This document shows positions 58,151 to 64,000 of a stretch of 64,000 nt of DNA, in pieces (the first letter of the stretch is position 1; every line of letters begins with the position of its first letter). The stretch is taken from positions 32,001 through 96,000 of IMG/VR virus record IMGVR_UViG_3300030333_002570; one strand, 5' to 3'. The notes under the pieces are model-generated. The model had not been told where the DNA came from and did no database searches. It saw only the letters and a program-made list of their open reading frames with translations. Origin of the DNA: a virus. The position numbers and the translations under genes were made by a program.

Positions 58151-59377
58151 ATGGCTAAACAACTATTAAGTCTTGGTACTAATGCTAACGACAACACTGG
58201 AGATACTCTCCGTGCTGGCGGTGATAAAGTTAATGACAATTTTAATGAATTATATACTGCTCTAGGTAATGGTACAGATTTAACCATTAGTCTCGCTTCT
58301 GCAGGTAGTGGTCAGGTATTGCGATATAATGGAACAAACTTTGTTGCGTCAGATTATTTAAATTTAACTTCTGCTTTAGATGTTAATAGTAATTCAATTA
58401 TATCATCATCTAATGGGAATATTAATATTGCTCCCAATGGAACTGGCAATGTAACTATTGGTAATGGAAGTATTACTAATACTTTCAATGGAACTGATGG
58501 AACAATAGATTTTCCAACGAAAGTAAAATATAAAAATGAATTTAGCACACTTGCTAGTGCTCCTGCTGCTGCGACATACACAGGATATTTCTTTACAGTT
58601 GATGGTGATGACAACCCATATGTAAATATTAATATTACTGCTGGTGGTGCAGGTGATGTGCAAGCAAAAGTTTTAACACAGTATTCTAGTGTTGATCTTT
58701 TAAAAGATATTGATATTACTACTGCAGCACCTACTGAAGGACAAGTCCTAAAGTGGAGTGTTAGTGGGGGTAAATTTGTTCCTGGTGATGATGCTGCTGG
58801 TGCTAGTCAACAAAACCTATGGGCAACTGTTGGTGGTGATACTGGTACAACAAGTGCTAATACTACAACAGATACATTAACTATTGCTGGTGGAACTAAT
58901 ATTACAACAGCAGTATCTGGTGATACACTCACAGTAAACTTTGATGGAACTCTTGTTACAACTTTAGCATCCTTAACAGATGTTGATGTTTCTAGTGTTG
59001 TTCAAGGTGATTCATTATTCTGGAATGGAACAAATTGGACTAAAACAAGAAGTCCTATTACATGGTGGGAATTAGGTTCTAACGGAAGCACAGACTATAC
59101 TATTGATGGACCTGGGTTTGCTTCTGCAACTAATGATCCAACTCTTTATGTAAGTAGAGGTTTTACCTATGCTTTTGACAATACTACAATGGGTGGTGCT
59201 CATCCTTTTAGAATACAGAGCACACAGGGTTTAACTGGAACTCCATATACTGCTGGTCAATCTGGTAGTGGAACTAGTGTTCTCTATTGGACTGTCCCTA
59301 TGGATGCTCCATCAACACTGTATTATCAGTGTACTCTCCATGCTGCGATGCAAGGACAAATTAACGTTGTAAGTTGA
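58151..59377 (+). CDS. gp9-like baseplate/tail-fibre connector with C-terminal cupredoxin-like domain
   Basis: MAKQLLSLGTNANDNTGDTLRAGGDKVNDNFNELY (gp9/gp10-type N-terminus); HPFRIQ...YWTVPMDAPSTLYYQCTLHAAMQGQINV. Confidence 0.65.
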   Translation: MAKQLLSLGTNANDNTGDTLRAGGDKVNDNFNELYTALGNGTDLTISLASAGSGQVLRYNGTNFVASDYLNLTSALDVNSNSIISSSNGNINIAPNGTGNVTIGNGSITNTFNGTDGTIDFPTKVKYKNEFSTLASAPAAATYTGYFFTVDGDDNPYVNINITAGGAGDVQAKVLTQYSSVDLLKDIDITTAAPTEGQVLKWSVSGGKFVPGDDAAGASQQNLWATVGGDTGTTSANTTTDTLTIAGGTNITTAVSGDTLTVNFDGTLVTTLASLTDVDVSSVVQGDSLFWNGTNWTKTRSPITWWELGSNGSTDYTIDGPGFASATNDPTLYVSRGFTYAFDNTTMGGAHPFRIQSTQGLTGTPYTAGQSGSGTSVLYWTVPMDAPSTLYYQCTLHAAMQGQINVVS

Positions 59378-59382
59378 TATAA

Positions 59383-62300
59383 ATGGCAAGAACTGTTCCT
59401 GGATCTGGTGCTGTAATTAACCCAATTTTCGATGAAACTTTTGGCGTTAAAGCAGTAGAAGTACTAAACGGTGGGTCTGGTTACTCGGTATCAGATCCTC
59501 CTAAACTTTCTGTAACTGGATGTGGAACTCCAGATACAGAAGCACTTCTTTATCCTATCATTGATGAAGATTCAGGAAAGATTATACATGTTAGGGTTCT
59601 GAATAGAGGTAGTGGATATGATCCTTTACGATTACAAATTATTCCACAGGATGAAACTCCTAATGTCGTAACTTCTTTTGATATCAATAGAATATGGCAA
59701 TCACATCCCAACTCTACAACTACTGGTGCATTTGTTAATTCTACTGATAGATTAGCTATTGCATCAGACAATCATCCAAAACCTACTTGGACACAAGCAG
59801 AGGCAGCTCCAGGTGGCGGACCTTTAGTAGATAGATCATTTAGTCAAACTTTTGTTTATAGAGGTGGTAAAGACGTTCCTAATCCTGGTACTAGAGAAAA
59901 TCAACCAGATAAGGTTCTTGGTATTTTAGCGAATGGTGGATTATTACATACTCCAGAATGGGGTCCAGATGGTAATGCTCCTCCAGGACATTCTATTGAT
60001 GCGGTTAAAAATAATTACGTTAAAAGTAACGATGCTTATGATGTTGTTACTGAAAATAATATCAAATATTATCATTCAAATAAACTTATTAATGAATTTG
60101 AATTAGATAATGGTGTATTTGATTGGGGTCTTTTAAGACCATTTACTTGGAATATTAAAGTAGAATATGATAATATTATGCTAACAGTTACTAATGTTGA
60201 TGAGACATTAGGATCTATTGAAGTTGGTAGATTAGTTGATGAAATTGCTGGAAATGCTAGAGGTGAAATATCTAAAGTTGTTAGAAATAATCAGGGTGTT
60301 GTAACAAGAGTATATCTTAGAGATCTTGCTGATTCTGCAACATTTTCTCAGGGTGATGGATGTTTAGGATCTAATGGATTTAACTTTACTATTAGTGAAC
60401 TTCCTAGAACATTTACAGATGGTGTTTTCTATATTGATTTTGGAACAGAAGCAAGTGAGTTTGGTGCATTTACTCCAGGAAAATATTATATGTCTCCTGA
60501 GAACATTAAAGTTCAAAGGAATTATTTGATTATTTGGAATCAATCTGATAGTTCTAATAGTCATGGTGCTGATGGTCATCCAATGAGATTCAGTACTACT
60601 CCAGATGGTCCTTTAAATTCAAGTCCTGGTACACTTTATTATAAGAGCACTGGAGTAACACAAGCACCAGCTGCTGATTATGAAAACATATATCAACCGT
60701 TATTCATAATGAATGCGGATGAGTCGGCAAAGATTTATTATCATTGTGCATATCACAGATATATGTCTGGATATGAAGGTGATGAAGGATATATGATTTT
60801 TGATTCTACAGTTGATAATACTGCTAGACCAAATACTTATTATACTGATAATTTTTATCAAAGTGATTCAAACGATCCTGCGACTATTGATCGTGCAAGA
60901 CATACAGATGGACATTCTAAGATCTTGGGTATGTCTTATGATGGATATCCCATTTATGGTCCTTATGGATATGGTTCAGGAACTGGTGTTCTTACTATAA
61001 CAGGGTATGGAGGAAATAATGGAATTGGATATGGTCAAAATAATTCTGCATTATCTACGGTAAATATATCGGCAGGTGGATCCACCCTTGGAACAGGATC
61101 AGGTCTTAAAGTAAAATGTACCTCAGTAGGTAGCAATGGAACAGGACTTGCATTTGAAGTTGTTGAACTAGGTTCAGGATATGCTGTTGGTGATAGATTT
61201 AAAATTATCCATGAAAATCCCAATGGAATTTTTAGTTATGGATATACAAGTGGTCAGAATGATGCAGCAAGAACTCCTGGAACATATAATGTAGATATTA
61301 CCACTGCTATGACTAGTGGAAATGGTAATTCTGCAAGAGCGTTAGTTGTAGTTGCTGTTGGTGGTAATACAGATGTTACATTCCCTAAAACTACTGAGGA
61401 TTGGACTGGTAGAGGAAGGGATTTTGCTGAAAATGAAACTATTACAATTCCTAATTCATTAATAGGTGGTGGTGCAGATATCGTCATTAATGTACAAGAT
61501 CTTATTGATGATGGTTGGCAGGCTATTAATGAAGTTACTGCTGTAGGTCAGGGTGCTTCAAGAGAAACTTCAGGATATCGTTTAAAAACATCTTTAGAAT
61601 TAGCTGGTAATAGACCTGTAGTTACAACAGCAAGCACAGTAAATTATACTGTCACTTCTTCTAATGGAAAATATCTCTTTAACGGATCTTCTCCATCGTT
61701 CTTAGGTTTAGAACGTGGTAAAACTTATGTCTTTAATTTAGATAGTGCTACTAATGATAGTCAGCAATTATTGATAGGAATAAATGAAGATGGTTGGCAT
61801 AGTCAAAACCCTGTTGTAATTGGAGATACTACACAGTTATTTGGTGGACCAGGTATTACCTATACTATAGATGGTTCTACAGTATCATATACTGGTTATC
61901 TAACTGGATTTAACGGAGCAACGACAAGATCAGTTACATTCCAAGTTCCTGCAACTGCACCAGCTGCATTGTACGTATTTGCATATACTACTGCTGGTTA
62001 TGGAGTTAGAACTGTTCAAGATGGTTATCTCTTAGGAGATTTGATTGATGATAATATATTTGATGAATCTGTTCTTTGGGATAGTGGAACTGCTTATGTT
62101 ATAGGTGAGACTGTTAAAAACTCATCTAATGTAATTTACGAAGCAACTGCTGCTATTAGTAGTGGAGGATCACAACCTGTTCATACTACTGGAACTACTA
62201 GTAATTGGAAGTTCCTTGGAACAAAAGGAACTTTAGATGCTTATAATGGTAAATTTGCAGTAACCCCAGAATATCCTAATGGAACATATGCTTATTATAT

Positions 62301-64000
62301 GATTGAGGATAGTAGTGGTAATCCTGTTTATCCATATGCTATCGGTCCTAGATTTTACGGGACACCTTTATTTGAGAATGATGCTGTTCCTCCAGCACCT
62401 TCAATATTCCCAACTATTGCAGAGGGTGATGTTGTTTTAAGTACTGATAATCCTGGACAAGTATCTTATATTAAGATGACTAAGAAAGGTGATAATTTCT
62501 TTGGTGCTGCTAATGCAAGAATACTTGGTGGAGAAGGAACGGGTGCTACAGGAACACCTACTGTTCAAACAGTTACTGGTCTTTCATTAATTAATCAAGG
62601 TAGAAACTATGCAACTCCTCCAACACTTATCTTTGAAGGTGGTGGTGGACAAGGTGCTCAAGGTGCTGCTGAAATTGATACATTAGGTAAAGTTACATCT
62701 ATTAGTATCGTAAATCAAGGTGAATATTATGATGAACCTCCTTATATTTTAATCACTGGTGGTGGAGGTATAGGTGCTAAAGCGGAAGCAACTGTATCTC
62801 AAGGTAAAATTATTGATATTACTGTTACTGAACCAGGTGAAAGTTATACTGGTTCTCCTAATGTTATCTTTACAAAACTTGTTAATCTTAAACGTAAGAC
62901 AAGAGCAAGACAGGCATTTAACTCATCTAATATATTCTTAACTGGTCTTACTAAAACAGTTTCACCATCAGATACAACGATATATGTTAATTCTACAGAT
63001 GCTTATCCAGGATCTGGTACTATTATTATTAATAGAGAAACTATTACTTACACTTCTAAATCAAGAGAAAAATTTACTGGTGTAACTAGAGGTGTTAACT
63101 TTAATTATGATCAGAGAATTATACTTGATGCTGGTCAGAATAATAACGAAGGTATTTCAACATACCAATTCCAAGTTGGTGATAGAGTTATTAGAAAGGT
63201 TGAAAATGCTGCAAACAAGGTTGCTAAAGTATATGACTGGAACCCTTCAACTAGAGAACTATTAGTTGTATTTGAAATTGATGAATTAGCATTTATTGAT
63301 GGTGGATTACCTTCTACAGAAGATGCAATAGTTCAGTTTGATGCTGGTGTTGCTGCTTCTGCTCCAAGTGGATTCCAACCTCATGTTGTTTTACAAACAG
63401 CAAATGAAGTAGGTCAAGTGATACCACTTTTAACTGCACCAACACTTACAACATTACAGGATGCAGCATTTGAAGATAATGATGAACAAGATGGTGCAGG
63501 TGATGGTATCGCTGATTTGGTAAATACTGGAACAGACTTTGAGAACCAAATCAATCTTGATGGTGGTATATACAGTTCTCTATATGGTATTGAAGCAACT
63601 CAGGGTGGTCAAAACACTACTCTATTCCAAGTTGGTGATAATATTAAGGATGGTTCAATACCATTTAAATATGCTACTGTAGGGACTGCAGGTGCTCTTG
63701 CAGATGGTGTAGACCATACAGCACTAGTAAAACTATACTTAGATGCTAATAATGCAAATGGTCAAAGTTTCAGTGTTAATGAAGTTGTAACAGGTAATAT
63801 TTCTGGAGTTATTGGAACTGTTGTTACTTGGGATCCTGTAGAGGTAAGTCTTACTGTTAAAGATATTGTTCCTTATAACACAGGTGATGTTAATGTTGGT
63901 GTAAATGGTTATTTACATAAATTCTCTGAGAAGGGTACTATAGTTGATTTCTATGTTCAAACAGCAGGTACTAACTATACAGCAGTTCCAACATTAGCAG
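59383..64000 (+). CDS. Large virion/baseplate structural protein (3' truncated; absent from ORF track)
   Basis: ATG 59383 (MARTVPGSGAVINPIFDETFGV...); frame spot-checked at 60901 (HSKILGMSYDGYPIYGPYGY) and 63961 (TAGTNYTAVPTLA); contains GSGY repeats and YHYH-like segments. Confidence 0.8.
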   Translation, partial: MARTVPGSGAVINPIFDETFGVKAVEVLNGGSGYSVSDPPKLSVTGCGTPDTEALLYPIIDEDSGKIIHVRVLNRGSGYDPLRLQIIPQDETPNVVTSFDINRIWQSHPNSTTTGAFVNSTDRLAIASDNHPKPTWTQAEAAPGGGPLVDRSFSQTFVYRGGKDVPNPGTRENQPDKVLGILANGGLLHTPEWGPDGNAPPGHSIDAVKNNYVKSNDAYDVVTENNIKYYHSNKLINEFELDNGVFDWGLLRPFTWNIKVEYDNIMLTVTNVDETLGSIEVGRLVDEIAGNARGEISKVVRNNQGVVTRVYLRDLADSATFSQGDGCLGSNGFNFTISELPRTFTDGVFYIDFGTEASEFGAFTPGKYYMSPENIKVQRNYLIIWNQSDSSNSHGADGHPMRFSTTPDGPLNSSPGTLYYKSTGVTQAPAADYENIYQPLFIMNADESAKIYYHCAYHRYMSGYEGDEGYMIFDSTVDNTARPNTYYTDNFYQSDSNDPATIDRARHTDGHSKILGMSYDGYPIYGPYGYGSGTGVLTITGYGGNNGIGYGQNNSALSTVNISAGGSTLGTGSGLKVKCTSVGSNGTGLAFEVVELGSGYAVGDRFKIIHENPNGIFSYGYTSGQNDAARTPGTYNVDITTAMTSGNGNSARALVVVAVGGNTDVTFPKTTEDWTGRGRDFAENETITIPNSLIGGGADIVINVQDLIDDGWQAINEVTAVGQGASRETSGYRLKTSLELAGNRPVVTTASTVNYTVTSSNGKYLFNGSSPSFLGLERGKTYVFNLDSATNDSQQLLIGINEDGWHSQNPVVIGDTTQLFGGPGITYTIDGSTVSYTGYLTGFNGATTRSVTFQVPATAPAALYVFAYTTAGYGVRTVQDGYLLGDLIDDNIFDESVLWDSGTAYVIGETVKNSSNVIYEATAAISSGGSQPVHTTGTTSNWKFLGTKGTLDAYNGKFAVTPEYPNGTYAYYMIEDSSGNPVYPYAIGPRFYGTPLFENDAVPPAPSIFPTIAEGDVVLSTDNPGQVSYIKMTKKGDNFFGAANARILGGEGTGATGTPTVQTVTGLSLINQGRNYATPPTLIFEGGGGQGAQGAAEIDTLGKVTSISIVNQGEYYDEPPYILITGGGGIGAKAEATVSQGKIIDITVTEPGESYTGSPNVIFTKLVNLKRKTRARQAFNSSNIFLTGLTKTVSPSDTTIYVNSTDAYPGSGTIIINRETITYTSKSREKFTGVTRGVNFNYDQRIILDAGQNNNEGISTYQFQVGDRVIRKVENAANKVAKVYDWNPSTRELLVVFEIDELAFIDGGLPSTEDAIVQFDAGVAASAPSGFQPHVVLQTANEVGQVIPLLTAPTLTTLQDAAFEDNDEQDGAGDGIADLVNTGTDFENQINLDGGIYSSLYGIEATQGGQNTTLFQVGDNIKDGSIPFKYATVGTAGALADGVDHTALVKLYLDANNANGQSFSVNEVVTGNISGVIGTVVTWDPVEVSLTVKDIVPYNTGDVNVGVNGYLHKFSEKGTIVDFYVQTAGTNYTAVPTLA

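Noticed and set aside
95-61487. Many minus-strand and nested alternative-frame ORFs in the track (e.g. 95..385, 5712..6074, 20606..21154, 36676..37140)
   Set aside because: They overlap well-supported + strand genes and have shadow-frame composition with no motifs or RBS.

Overview
AT-rich window of a T4-like marine cyanomyophage genome, with every credible gene on the + strand. The assignment rests on gp25/gp6 baseplate genes, TATAAATA late promoters, a plant-type ferredoxin petF and many 2OG-Fe(II) oxygenases. Layout: (1) 1-6.9 kb, tail-fibre/adhesin genes sharing an N-terminal module; (2) 6.9-13.2 kb, a coupled run of nine 2OG-Fe(II) oxygenase-like genes plus a QueG/reductive-dehalogenase-like Fe-S protein; (3) 13.2-31 kb, an accessory region of small ORFs with a putative endonuclease+N4/N6-MTase pair, a second MTase, an SF2 helicase, petF, an AbrB-like ORF, a SET-domain ORF and a possible origin; (4) 31-64 kb, baseplate gp25 and gp6, an 8217-aa structural protein, a gp9-like protein and a further large structural protein running off the edge. 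Three things stand out. A 26-bp palindrome (GTGTGACAGT-N6-AGTGTCNACN) recurs nine times at gene junctions, usually about 28-29 bp before a -10 box. The giant protein contains about 21 copies of one domain that appear recursively nested inside each other. Two candidate structured RNAs are also present. No CRISPR array, tRNA, rRNA or transposase was seen. Family assignments come from motif recognition by eye; no searches were run.
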